Below are positions 38,889 to 49,300 of a stretch of DNA of 64,000 bases, piece by piece (position 1 is the first letter of the stretch; every line of letters begins with the position of its first letter). The DNA is from Candidatus Alloenteromonas pullicola. Lineage in GTDB: Bacteria; Bacillota_I; Bacilli_A; RFN20; CAG-826. The notes under the pieces were generated by a model. The model did no database searches. It saw nothing but the letters and a program-made list of their open reading frames with translations, and was not told the DNA's origin. The stretch spans positions 732 through 64,731 of the forward strand of contig DVMV01000015.1 in the NCBI GenBank assembly GCA_018714785.1. Direction: 5' to 3'. The translations under genes and the position numbers were made by a program.

Positions 38889-40658
38889 CTAGTTCAGAAG
38901 CGCCTTAAGCTTCCTCACCAGCTCCTCCATCCTCTCGACTACCGCGAGGAACGGCTCTTTGGTGGTGAGGTCGACGCCTGCCCGCTTGACCTGCTCAACC
39001 GGGTAGTCGTTGCCGCCGGAGCTAAGCAGCCTGATGTAGGAATCGAATGCCCCCGGGACCTTCTCCTTGACCCGCTTGTAGATCAGCATCGAGGAGGTGA
39101 AGCTGGTCGCGTACTGATAGACGTAGAACGGTGTGTAGAAAAGGTGGGGGATGTAGGCCCAGACCAAGGGCTTAAGCCCCTCTTCCTCGATGTCTATCCC
39201 GTAGTAGAGGGCGTATAGCTCGGTCATCTTCTTGCTGAGGACGACGTAGTTGATCGGCTGCCCTTCCTCAGCCATCTTGGCGATGTCGCGCTCGAAATGG
39301 GCGAAGAGTGTCTGCCGGTAGAAGGTCGAGACGATCTCGTCAATCTCCTTTTGCAATAGGAATATCTTGTCCTGCTTGGTGAGCGAATCCGACTTCAGCA
39401 GGTAGTCGACGAGGTTGTGCTCGTTGAAGGTCGAGGCGATCTCGGCGACGAAGATGGTGTAATCCTGCAGCAGGGTCGGCTGATGCTCTTCGGCGTAGAG
39501 GGTGTGCATCGAATGTCCCGACTCGTGGGCGAGGGTGAAGACGTCGTTTAGCTCGCCGTTGAAGTTGAGGAGTATGTAGGGGTGGAAGTCGTAGCCGCCG
39601 TTGGAATAGGCGCCGGTCCTCTTCCCGTCAGCCGGGTAGACGTCGACGAAGCCGGGCTTAAGCACCTCGTGGGCCTTGGCCTGGAAATCGGCCGGGAACT
39701 CCTTTATCGAATCGAAGAAGGTCTGCTTGGCCTGCTCGTAGGTGTAGCTTGCCTCGGACTCGGCCAGCGGCAGGAAGCGGTCGTAGGAGCGGTGCTTCTT
39801 TAGGCCGAGGGCTTTGGCGCGGAGGTCGTAGTACTCGTGCAGGGGCTGGGTGTGGGTTGAAGCCACCTCGATGAGCGAGGAGAAGACCTTCTCCGGGATC
39901 GCGTCGTCGTATAGGTGCGTGTCGAGGATGGACTTATAGCCCCTTCCGCGCATTGTGGCAAGCTGCCCCTTGAGGCCTAGGTTGTAAATCTCGGCGTAGG
40001 CGTTCTTGCGCTCGTCGTAGTACTTGTAAAGGGCGGTGAAAATGGCTTGGCGGTCCTCGGCGGTTTTCGCCTTCTTGATCAAGGACGACCAATTCGACAT
40101 CGTGACCTCGACCTCGCCGTCGCTTAGCCTCGCCTTGGCCATCTCGCGGTCGGCGACCGTGAGCATGCTGTATAGCTGCCTGGCTTCAGAGAGCAAAGGC
40201 GAGTACGCGCTGAGCAGCTTCTCCTTGTCCGCCGAGAGGACGTGATCCTTGCCGCGGAAAAGCTTCTTCATCGAGAAGCGGTACTCCTGAAGGTCCTTAT
40301 GGGCATCGAGGAAGGCCATGATCCTCTCCTCGCCCAAGGATAAGAGCTCCGGCGCCTCGAAGCTGGTCTTTGACCCGAGTTCCTCCAAGGCGACCTGCAC
40401 CTTGGCTAGGTCCTCCGATTTGGTTACGTCCTTCTTATTGAGGTCGGAGCCCATCGAGGCATAGAAATACAGCCTCGCGATGAGCACGTTGGCCGCCTTG
40501 TCGAGGCGGAGGAACTCGGCCAGCTTATCCTCGTCCGATAGCTTCCCGGCGAAGGACGCAAGCTCGTCTCCGACTCCCTTGACCTTGGCCAAATCTTGCA
40601 GGAACCCATCCCTGTCCTTGTAGAAATAGGTGAGATCCCAAGTGGTTCTTTCTTCCAT
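38889..40658 (-). CDS. pepF: Oligoendopeptidase F (M3B)
   Basis: The 589-aa product carries the zinc motif HESGHSMH and a typical PepF N-terminus (TWDLTYFYKD). Confidence 0.92.
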   Translation of the reverse strand: MEERTTWDLTYFYKDRDGFLQDLAKVKGVGDELASFAGKLSDEDKLAEFLRLDKAANVLIARLYFYASMGSDLNKKDVTKSEDLAKVQVALEELGSKTSFEAPELLSLGEERIMAFLDAHKDLQEYRFSMKKLFRGKDHVLSADKEKLLSAYSPLLSEARQLYSMLTVADREMAKARLSDGEVEVTMSNWSSLIKKAKTAEDRQAIFTALYKYYDERKNAYAEIYNLGLKGQLATMRGRGYKSILDTHLYDDAIPEKVFSSLIEVASTHTQPLHEYYDLRAKALGLKKHRSYDRFLPLAESEASYTYEQAKQTFFDSIKEFPADFQAKAHEVLKPGFVDVYPADGKRTGAYSNGGYDFHPYILLNFNGELNDVFTLAHESGHSMHTLYAEEHQPTLLQDYTIFVAEIASTFNEHNLVDYLLKSDSLTKQDKIFLLQKEIDEIVSTFYRQTLFAHFERDIAKMAEEGQPINYVVLSKKMTELYALYYGIDIEEEGLKPLVWAYIPHLFYTPFYVYQYATSFTSSMLIYKRVKEKVPGAFDSYIRLLSSGGNDYPVEQVKRAGVDLTTKEPFLAVVERMEELVRKLKALLN

Positions 40659-40727
40659 CTGAATGTCTTTCTCCTTAGTATTACCGGGTTAACTTTACTT
40701 CCAGTCCCCGTTTTATCAAGACTTTTG

Positions 40728-41915
40728 CTAGTGGCGGAAAATCGTTTCCACCAGAATCCGGTCCATAAACGACTCCAGCGATGCCGGATGGGCCGGGGCC
40801 CTTCCCCAGAAAAGCCGGCGCAGGTAGCGCTTCCTCTTCCCGTCCGCGCCCTCTATCGGGCCTTCGTAGAGGGCGGCCTTGGCGAGGATGATCTTCCCCA
40901 TCTGCTCGACGCCATAGACATCGTAGGGGTTGATCTCGAAAAGCGAGGCCAGGCGCTCGAGGTTGAGCAGCAAAAAATATTCCTCGTCGCGGGGGAACTC
41001 GCGGCTGGCTTCCGAGAAGAGCTTGTTCATCGCCCTTATGGTTTCGGCAACCGAATAGGAAGAGGCGATCGAGGCGTGGGCCAAAGCGAGCTCGGATAGC
41101 GATTTATTCGGCTTGAAGCAGTATTTGTCGCCTTTCATCGGGCCGAAGTTGGTCATCGCGTCGTAGTAGCCCATCTTCATGTTCTTGTCCAACAGCGACT
41201 TATCGAAACTGAGCATGTTGCCCTGGGGGAAGCTTGGCTTTAGGACCCGGACGTTGGGCAGCTTCCAATATTCTTTCCTTTGGGCCTCAGGGAACGACTG
41301 GAGGTAGATGGCTATGACCTTGTCGGCCCCCAGCTGCAGGCAATAGTCGATCGGCAGATTGTTCTTCCAACCGCCGTCGATGTATCCTTGCTTTCCGATC
41401 CGGTGAACCGGGAAGGCGGGGAAGCATGAGCATGATGCCAGCAGGTAATCGGCGTATTGCGATGGATTCAGCTCGCTTAGGAGGATGCGCTTCTCGGCGA
41501 TTCCGGGATAGGTGCAGGTCACTATGCCCATCTTGGTGGGGATGTTCGAGAAGTCTATCCCCTCTATGTTCTCGGCGATCAGCTTCTTCAGCGGCTCGAT
41601 GTCGGCGCCTAAGCCGTCTTTGAGATATGACCTGACGAATTTCTGGAATTTTGACTTTGGGTTCAGCGAGAAGTTCGCCTTTATTGGCAGGCCGAAGTCG
41701 AGGCCGTCCTTTATGACGTCGTCGATGGTAACGGACTCCCATACCTTTTCCAGCCTGTCGAATCGGTCGGCGGCGACCAACGATCCGTTCAGGGCTCCGA
41801 TTGAGGTCCCGGTGACTACGGAGAAGGCGAACCCAAGTTCCCTGAAGGCCTTAATCGCCCCGTATTCATATGAGCCGAGGCTACCTCCGCCGCATAAGGC
41901 AAGTCCGAGTTCCAT
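40728..41915 (-). CDS. Patatin-like phospholipase
   Basis: CGGGSLGSYEYG (oxyanion hole), GTSIGALNG (GxSxG) and YIDGGW (catalytic Asp) are present. I prefer the start at 41915, because the listed start at 41990 would overlap the divergent SWIM gene. Confidence 0.85.
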   Translation of the reverse strand: MELGLALCGGGSLGSYEYGAIKAFRELGFAFSVVTGTSIGALNGSLVAADRFDRLEKVWESVTIDDVIKDGLDFGLPIKANFSLNPKSKFQKFVRSYLKDGLGADIEPLKKLIAENIEGIDFSNIPTKMGIVTCTYPGIAEKRILLSELNPSQYADYLLASCSCFPAFPVHRIGKQGYIDGGWKNNLPIDYCLQLGADKVIAIYLQSFPEAQRKEYWKLPNVRVLKPSFPQGNMLSFDKSLLDKNMKMGYYDAMTNFGPMKGDKYCFKPNKSLSELALAHASIASSYSVAETIRAMNKLFSEASREFPRDEEYFLLLNLERLASLFEINPYDVYGVEQMGKIILAKAALYEGPIEGADGKRKRYLRRLFWGRAPAHPASLESFMDRILVETIFRH

Positions 41916-41922
41916 ATCTAAA

Positions 41923-41931
41923 ATATTATCA
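41923..41931 (-). promoter_or_regulatory. Extended -10-like element (TGaTAATAT) 7 nt before the patatin ATG
   Basis: The minus strand reads TGATAATAT-TTTAGAT-ATG with no SD sequence. Confidence 0.35.
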
Positions 41932-41964
41932 GCATTGCCGACCCGTGTCTTAAAATATCTTAGG

Positions 41965-42327
41965 ATGGAACAGCGGGGGAAGATAAGCATTGACCTAAGG
42001 CCGATCGAGGAAGGCGACGAGCCGCTTTACAAAAGGGGCCGGGAGGTCTTCGAGGCGGGCAAGGTTTCCGGATTGCTTAGAAGGGGCGATAGCTCTTTCC
42101 GCTGCCAGGTCGAGGGAAGCAAGGGCGAATCGTATGGCGTCTCGGTGTCGCTTGCCGGCGGAAGGCTTTCGTCCTATTCCTGCAACTGCGAGGCTTCGAA
42201 GCGCTACCCAGGGCCATGCAAGCACGTGGTGGCCGCCTTGCTTTCGATAAAGGACCAATATGGGGATGAAGAAAACGGCGAAGACGATTTCTTCGCCGAT
42301 GTCGACATGTCCGATTTCCCTTTTTAG
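41965..42327 (+). CDS. SWIM zinc-finger protein (120 aa)
   Basis: This is the C-terminal part of listed ORF 41512..42327. CNCEASKRYPGPCKH gives the CxCxnCxH SWIM signature. The upstream part of the listed ORF is antisense to the patatin gene. Confidence 0.65.
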   Translation: MEQRGKISIDLRPIEEGDEPLYKRGREVFEAGKVSGLLRRGDSSFRCQVEGSKGESYGVSVSLAGGRLSSYSCNCEASKRYPGPCKHVVAALLSIKDQYGDEENGEDDFFADVDMSDFPF

Positions 42328-42935
42328 GACCGTTTTTTGCGCAGATTCCTATATAGGATGAATATAACTTGGATCGGGCCGCCGACTACGAGGATCATCC
42401 ATAGGTCCGGCCTGCTGAAGGCGATCGGGAAGCTGGCTATGAAGGTCCATAACGCGATTGAGGCTAGGGTCAGGGTCGCGATCGATTTGTGATAGAAAAG
42501 CTGCGTCTCGGCCGAAAGGAGGGCGAAGGTGAACGGCACCATCCAGACGAAAACCGGCCAGAAGGCCAATTGGTCGGCGTCCTCCCCGGCGAAGAGGAAC
42601 CGGGAGAAGAATATGCATATCGCCACCAAGATCACGAAGGTGACGCTCATGGCCATTATTATCGGCGGGTTGGGGTCGGTCTTCCTCCGCTTGGCCTCCT
42701 CTTGCTTGGCGACCTCCCCCTGTGCGTGCTCGGCGACCAAAAAATCCAGGGTCACCCCAAAGTATGTTGCGAAATCCAGCAATATGTCCACGGAAGGCAG
42801 GGCATATCCTAACTCCCACTTCGATATCGATTTGTCGCTGTAATGAACCTGGGCCGACAGCTCTTGCTGGGTGAGGCCCTTGGCTTTGCGCAGCGCCTGG
42901 AGGTTGGTTCCTACGATTTCCGGCAGGTTTTCCAT
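42324..42935 (-). CDS. Membrane-tethered XRE-family regulator (HTH plus ~4 TM helices)
   Basis: The HTH is KGLTQQELSAQVHYSDKSISKWELG, followed by four hydrophobic helices. It is the last gene of the giant-protein operon. Confidence 0.8.
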   Translation of the reverse strand: MENLPEIVGTNLQALRKAKGLTQQELSAQVHYSDKSISKWELGYALPSVDILLDFATYFGVTLDFLVAEHAQGEVAKQEEAKRRKTDPNPPIIMAMSVTFVILVAICIFFSRFLFAGEDADQLAFWPVFVWMVPFTFALLSAETQLFYHKSIATLTLASIALWTFIASFPIAFSRPDLWMILVVGGPIQVIFILYRNLRKKRS

Positions 42936-42976
42936 AGGCGTGATTTTACCTGCCTTTTTCCTTCAAGGCAAAAGGC

Positions 42977-45900
42977 TTATAGGTAGTTGTCGACCTGCGT
43001 AGTGTCGGAAATCGAATTGAACTTGTCGGAATAGGAATAGGTCTTATTGCCTTCCGAGTCGGATGCTATCCGCAGGAACTCCTCGGCGTAGAACTGGCTT
43101 ACAACCCGGTTTTGATAATCGGCCTTGCTGCTTAGGATCGGGACGCTGGCGGTGTCGTCGAAGCAGTAGCGGTATACCCCGCCGGAGACGTTTTGCAGGG
43201 TTATCGAGAAGGTTATTCCCAAAATCGATATAAGCGATACGCTTCCGGACATCTTCGAAAGGCTCATGGAACCGCTGTTGAGGGTTATGGCCCCGATGTT
43301 CAGGCTCATGTCGGATAGAATATCCATCCCCGGGATGTTTCCCAGCCCGATGTTAAACGAGAAGCTTGGGCTGGCCGCGTCGCCGGAAGACGAATAGGAC
43401 TTGAGCAAGTCCTCCCCGTGGATGGCCTTGGTGTCGTCTATCTTCATGTTCTTGATGGCGTCGACGACCCCATCCGTCATGCCCATGATGTTGGCGAGGA
43501 TGAAATTCAATGGGTTGGAAAGGAATACGTCGCCCGGAATCTTGAAGGTGATTTGGTTGCTGCTGAACCAGTGCTTGTCAAGCCGCTGGACGAAGACGTA
43601 GCCGTTCTCAAAGCCCGGTTCGGCTCCGTTGACGTAGTAGAAGAGGTTTATGTATCGGGTTCCTAGCCCCGTGCCCGTGGCCCCGATCACGATTGGTATT
43701 TCCATGGTTAGGTAGAGCATGATCTCCGACCCGCGAAGGTATACGAAGGAATTGAAGCTCACCTCCAGCGGAATTCCCAAAATGCTTAGCTTAAGCGATC
43801 CGTTGAGGTTGTAGGTCGATACGAAGTTGGTCTCGGTGGTGCCCAAGGTGAAGGTGTCGAGCAAGGTGTCGAACAAGGTGCCGAGGGAATAGAAATCCGT
43901 GAAATAGGAATCGTCTTTCCCAGAGAAGACTGAGTCGACCTGGGAGTCCAACTCTTTTGGGATCACCCCATGGATCGAGGAGATGGAAAGGTAGAGATCC
44001 TTCCCACCCATTCCGGTAGAAATGGTGATCTCGGAAATGACTTCCTGGTCGAAGTGCAGCTCAATGGAGATGTCCTCGTCGGTCCCGAAGGCTGCCGAAT
44101 CCAATACGAATCGGTCTTTGGATTCGCCTATGCTGGCCTCCTTGATGAATGGGGTGGATAGGGCTTCGAGGAACTTAGAGTTGGTGAACAGGTGAATAAG
44201 CCCGGTGTTCATGGCCGAGGAGAAGGCCGAGGTGAAGCGCTCGAAGCGGGGGTCCTTCGACCCGAGTATTCCCTTTAGCAAATCAAACAACGACGCGAAG
44301 GTCGACGATCCCATCTTGCCGTTGAGGCCATCTTTGTCCTGGGGGTTGGTCCGACCTTCTGGCAGGTTATCGCCATTGCTCGAATCGTAATGGAAAAGCA
44401 GCTCGTTCTCGTGGCCGGTCGCCCCGTAGGAGAGGTTGAGGTGGTGGTCGTTCTGGTACTTCTGCTCGTGGTCGTAGACGGTTAGGTAGGCCGCCGCCTT
44501 ATTCGAATCGAGGCCAAACGAGGCATTGCCCTCGAACCCAAAACCCAATGTCAGGTTCGATAGGAACTGCTTGTTCGGATCGTAGTCCTCGCTGGTCTGC
44601 CCATAGTATCCCTTGATGGCGAATCCGCCGGTCCTTTGCGAGGAGAAGCTCTCCAGCCCGTCGGCGATCGAAGGGAGGTGCGTCAGCTCGACGTAGGCCT
44701 CTTGGTCGATCTCCGGCAGCTCGAAGAAGTCGACGACCTCGATGGTGCCCGAGAAGAATATCGTGCTCGCGCCGGCGTGCTGCATGGTTATCGAAGCCAA
44801 GGCCGAGGAAGAGGAATCGACGGTCAGCAATATGTTGCCCTGCAATCCCAGGTTGGCCATGTTGATGTCGACGGTCAGCAGGCCGTCTTCGTTGCTCAGC
44901 CCATCCAACAGATAGGCGAGTTTCCCATAGTCCTGATTCTTTATCGCCGTCGCGAACTCGGTGTTGAGTATCGGGGAAAGCAGGTCGTCAAGCGAAAGCA
45001 GGGCGGAGATGGTCCCGCCGAGGCTGCTGGATGAGGCGTTGCCGAATATCGATGAGAGGTCGCCGATTACCCCGTTGATTATCGGGAGCGAGCTTTTGGC
45101 CTTCAGCACCGAATTCAGGTCGAGGTAGGCCGTTTCCCCGTCTATGGAAAGCGACAGGGCCTGCGTCTTTCCGTTCGTCGAAAGCCTGGCGGCGACGTCT
45201 AGCCCATTGACCTTGTTGCCGCGCATATCGGCGGAAGAGGAGAGGCTTAGCAGGCTTTCCTCATCAATCGCCGGGCGGGGGAATCCGATCCCGCCGCCGT
45301 CGTAGGCGTCCTGATGATGGGTTATCTTAAGACCTTCCCCTTTGGTGGTGATGCCGAATTGGGGATCCGTGGCAAGGACGGCCAGCCGTTTTATGAGGTC
45401 GATCGAATCGACGAGATCCGGGTATTCCGATTCCTCTTTCGACAATCCGAAATCGCAGCCTTGCTTGCTTAGGGTCAGGCTGGTCTTTATCTTCGCTTGG
45501 CCGAGCTCAAGGTACTCGGAGGCCGAGGTCCTGCTCGGGAGGTCTATTCTGGATAGGTTCGATTTTCCGTCGCCGGCAAAGCCTATCTTCTGCCCGGATA
45601 GGGTCATCTCGAAGTACTCCTCGCCCAGGCCCATTACCGGGGTTATCGTTTCGAACGAGGATAGTATCGAAGAGAAATCGAATCCGCTGCCGGAAACAAA
45701 GGAATATTCGGCCTTGGTCCCGATGGCATCGAGGATGACGTCGATGATGTAGTCGAATGATCCGTACTCATACTGAAGTATCCCCCCGGTCAAATCATCG
45801 ATGACCGGATTGCCGTCCTCGTCTAGGAGATCCGATTTTGCGAAGTCGGTTTTGAAGCGCAGCAAGACGTCGGTCGGCTTGTCTTTGGCATAGAGCTTGA

Positions 45901-46300
45901 GGGCTAGGTTGTCTTTGTAGAGGCTCGCGTCGAGCTCGATGGTCCGCCCGCCATAAACAAGCGGGGCGAACACGTTAAGGCTCAGTCCATGCAGGGAAAG
46001 GGACGATATGGCGATGTCGAGCTTTGCCCCGTCGAAGGCTATCGATTCGTTGGTCGGCAATAGCACGGATCCGTGGTCGGCGTGCAGGTTTATTCCGTCC
46101 ATCAGGGCCTCGGTGGTCGCTTGCTTGAAATGGGATTCATCATAGTCAAAGCCCCCGGGGCAAGATTGCCCGGGGGTTGATTCGTCGTCGTTTGGTCCCG
46201 TCTTGACGGGTCCAGGAGAGCCGAAGGAGGACAAGCCGAAAGCGCAGACCGCCAGCAGCAGCGGCAGCCCGGATGCTTTTAGCTTTCTCTTTTCCTTCAT
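42977..46300 (-). CDS. Giant N-terminally anchored or secreted protein (1107 aa), paralog of the upstream gene; function unknown
   Basis: It has an N-terminal hydrophobic segment (LPLLLAVCAFGL). The remainder is rich in Asp, Ser, Gly, Leu and Thr and is colinear with the 1145-aa neighbour (ISSLSLHG, TGGILQYEYG, DPQFG, NSVLKAK). Confidence 0.8.
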   Translation of the reverse strand: MKEKRKLKASGLPLLLAVCAFGLSSFGSPGPVKTGPNDDESTPGQSCPGGFDYDESHFKQATTEALMDGINLHADHGSVLLPTNESIAFDGAKLDIAISSLSLHGLSLNVFAPLVYGGRTIELDASLYKDNLALKLYAKDKPTDVLLRFKTDFAKSDLLDEDGNPVIDDLTGGILQYEYGSFDYIIDVILDAIGTKAEYSFVSGSGFDFSSILSSFETITPVMGLGEEYFEMTLSGQKIGFAGDGKSNLSRIDLPSRTSASEYLELGQAKIKTSLTLSKQGCDFGLSKEESEYPDLVDSIDLIKRLAVLATDPQFGITTKGEGLKITHHQDAYDGGGIGFPRPAIDEESLLSLSSSADMRGNKVNGLDVAARLSTNGKTQALSLSIDGETAYLDLNSVLKAKSSLPIINGVIGDLSSIFGNASSSSLGGTISALLSLDDLLSPILNTEFATAIKNQDYGKLAYLLDGLSNEDGLLTVDINMANLGLQGNILLTVDSSSSALASITMQHAGASTIFFSGTIEVVDFFELPEIDQEAYVELTHLPSIADGLESFSSQRTGGFAIKGYYGQTSEDYDPNKQFLSNLTLGFGFEGNASFGLDSNKAAAYLTVYDHEQKYQNDHHLNLSYGATGHENELLFHYDSSNGDNLPEGRTNPQDKDGLNGKMGSSTFASLFDLLKGILGSKDPRFERFTSAFSSAMNTGLIHLFTNSKFLEALSTPFIKEASIGESKDRFVLDSAAFGTDEDISIELHFDQEVISEITISTGMGGKDLYLSISSIHGVIPKELDSQVDSVFSGKDDSYFTDFYSLGTLFDTLLDTFTLGTTETNFVSTYNLNGSLKLSILGIPLEVSFNSFVYLRGSEIMLYLTMEIPIVIGATGTGLGTRYINLFYYVNGAEPGFENGYVFVQRLDKHWFSSNQITFKIPGDVFLSNPLNFILANIMGMTDGVVDAIKNMKIDDTKAIHGEDLLKSYSSSGDAASPSFSFNIGLGNIPGMDILSDMSLNIGAITLNSGSMSLSKMSGSVSLISILGITFSITLQNVSGGVYRYCFDDTASVPILSSKADYQNRVVSQFYAEEFLRIASDSEGNKTYSYSDKFNSISDTTQVDNYL

Positions 46301-46303
46301 GGT

Positions 46304-49300
46304 TTACAGATATAGGTTCCCTGCCTTCGTTCCCTTGGGATAGTTGTGGCCTTCCAAGGCGGAAGAGACATCTTCCCCTTCGCCTGAGATGAAGTTGGAT
46401 TCGTATATGGACTTGGCCTTGGCGAACCCATCGGCATACACTCCGTCTTTAACGTTGTCGAGGTTGATGGAGATGGTCGCCGAGCAAACCTCCAGCTCGC
46501 CGGAAAGGGCGATGCCGACGCTGGCGTAGAGCTGCTCGATGGCCTTGAAGCTGTTGGAGGCGGAATCGACGGCGGTGGTGCCTTTGATGCCCACTTTGGC
46601 CTCGGTGAGGAAGCTGACCCCCAAGGCGTTGCCGAGGTTTATTCCGATCTCGATGGCCGGGGCGCCGGCTTGCGAGAGGTCCTTGTACGATGCGAGGATG
46701 TCCTCGAGATGCACGGCCTTTGCCGTGGTGCTTGACTTGGTGGTGGCGGAGGCGCCATTGAAGAAGCTCTCCTCGACGCCGATTAGGTACTTGAGGATCC
46801 AAGAGGCGGCATCAGCCCTGAATTCCTCGCCGGAAAGCCGGACCGAATCCTTGACGTTGCGTATCCTTCCGTAGCTGGAATCGCGGGTCATTAGGACTTC
46901 GCCGGATGGGTTGAAGCCATCGGCATAGTAGTAGAAGGCGACGTCCCTGCTCCCTTCGTATTCCTGTGGGCGGAAGTAGTGGGTGTCCTCCGGGCCGTTT
47001 ATTCCTTTGATGACGGGGAGGTTGTCCAAATGGACGTAGACCTGGGTCTTGGCGCCCTGGACTTGGATGTTCGCCTCCACTTTGAGGGCGTTGAAGCTGT
47101 ACTTGCCGAGCTCTAGGTCGACCGAAGCACTCAACGCGAAGGTTGAGACGCCCTGATGGTTGGCGGCGCCTAGGGTCATGGTGTCGATAAGATGGCTGCC
47201 GATCAGCCCAATGGACGAGACGTCGGTGAACGAGTCGTGCGAATCGATGGCCGATAGATCCTCCGCATCGGCGTAGGTCTTCTGTAGCCCAATGGTCAAA
47301 CTTAGGCGTTTGCCGAGCATGCTTCCTTCTATGGTCATCGACTTAAACCCTTCCTCCGGGTTGGGCAGATAGTCGACCCTGATGGTTAGCTTCCCATCCA
47401 GGCCAAACGATTTGCCGGAGGCGACGAAGACGTTGGTGTCGCCTTCAAGCGAGGCGGATTCGATGACGTGGAGCTTGAGCAAATCGAAGTATTTGCCAGA
47501 GGAAATGCTGCCCAATAGCCCGGTGGCGGTGGTGCCGCTTAATCCATTGAACAGGCAGGCGAGCCGGTCATCGGTTTTGGTGAGCCCCAGCAAGGAATCG
47601 ATGGTGGGGGCGAAGGCGGATAACGGCATCTTGACGTTTATCCCATCCTCGTCGATTGGGTTGGTCAGGTTGTAGGGGTTATTCTCCTGATCTATCGCCC
47701 CGTTGCCGGAAGAATAGCTGAGATATGCGGTCTCTTCCGCGGAATCCGAGGAGAGGAGATCGGCCTTTATGGTGTGGGAGTTGCGGAAATCCTTGTTGCG
47801 CTCGAGCATGTTTATGCTCACGCCGGCCTGGCCCTTGGCGATGGAGAAGCCGATCTTGCCGCTGAAGCTTATTCCCGATGGCTCCCCGGCGATGTCTAGG
47901 CCCTGCTCGTCAAGCAACGATCCGGTCAAAGACAAAGTGGCCGACTTGCTGTTGGCTATCTCGCCGATCTGGTCGACAACCCCCATTAGGTGGGTCATGG
48001 TGTCATAGCTGCCCTTCTCCTCGTCGGTCAGAGACGGCGATGAGAATGAAACCGTCTTCAATTCCCCGTTTAGGGTGAAGGTCGACAGCTTGACGTTGCT
48101 GAATTCTATGGATAGAAGCGAATTCCCGTCGTTGCCATCTAAGGTGAGGGAAACCTCGCCTTCAATGCCCAACGGCGATAGGTCGAGGCCAGCTAGGATG
48201 AGATTATCCTCGTTGCGGAGCGTTTTGAGTATATCCAGGGCGGCTTCGTAATGGCCTTCTTGGATGCCGGTTATCAGGTTGCCCTGCAGGTAATTGGCGA
48301 CGGCGGAAACGGCAGATGACATTGCATCGGCCTGCTTCGACATTACCTGTCCATCGGAGGTTGAGGACATACCGTCGGAAATCATGCCGAATATGGCGTC
48401 GGTGGTCGGCTTGTCGGTTTTGGCCTTTAGCACGTTGTTGAGGTTCACGAAGGCCTCGTTGCCATCGCCGTCGTTTAGCAGATTGGCGGACAAATACTGC
48501 GAAGGCTCGGGCTCGTCGTTGACGTAGACCTTGAATTCCGCGCCTATGCCCCTTAGCGAGCGCTTCGGCATGTCGACCTGGGCTCCAAGGGTCAAACGGA
48601 CCTTCTCGTTTATCTCGTCTTTCCCGATGACGGTCTCGGAAGCGGGTATCGCCTCCTCGTGGCGGAGCAAGGTCAAATCGAGGTCCAAGCCGAACTGCGG
48701 GTTAGCGACTAGCCCGGCGATCCCCTCGAAGATGCCCATCGAGTTCACCAGCGACTTATACGATGTCTCGGGATAAGGCAGCGACCAGTCTATTGCATCT
48801 TCGCCGCCTGCTATGGAAGCGGATAGCTCCACCTCGATCCCTTCTTTTATTTCCAGAGGGCTTTGGATGCCCTGATCGTTCTTATACGGCAAGTCTATGC
48901 CGACTAGGCTGTATGACGAATCGGCCTTAAGACCGATCGGGAGGTTCAATTCGCCAATCTGCAAATCCCAGAGGAAATAGGGCATCCCATCGAGCGTCGT
49001 CTCCTGCATTTCGTCCATCGAAGAAAGGATGGCATCGGTGTCGATGGAGGATGAGGAAGATGAGCCAGAGCCGCCAATCGCCGAGGAAATCGAGGGGAAA
49101 GGTATTTCTATGTCGCCATCGGTGAGAATGGTGAGAATGTCGTCGATTGCCCAATCCAGCTGGCCGTATTCGTATTGGAGAATGCCGCCGGTGGTCTCGT
49201 CGATGTCGGGCTCGCCGTCCTGATCGAGGTCTAAGTCGTATGAGGCGGTGGACACTTTATATTTCAGGTCGTAGCTCGACCCATCGAGGTCGTCAAGATT

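Noticed and set aside
41512-41964. The N-terminal 151 codons of listed ORF 41512..42327.
   Set aside because: This part is antisense to the well-supported patatin-like gene. Only the C-terminal 120 codons from the ATG at 41965, which carry the SWIM CxCxnCxH motif, lie in otherwise non-coding DNA.
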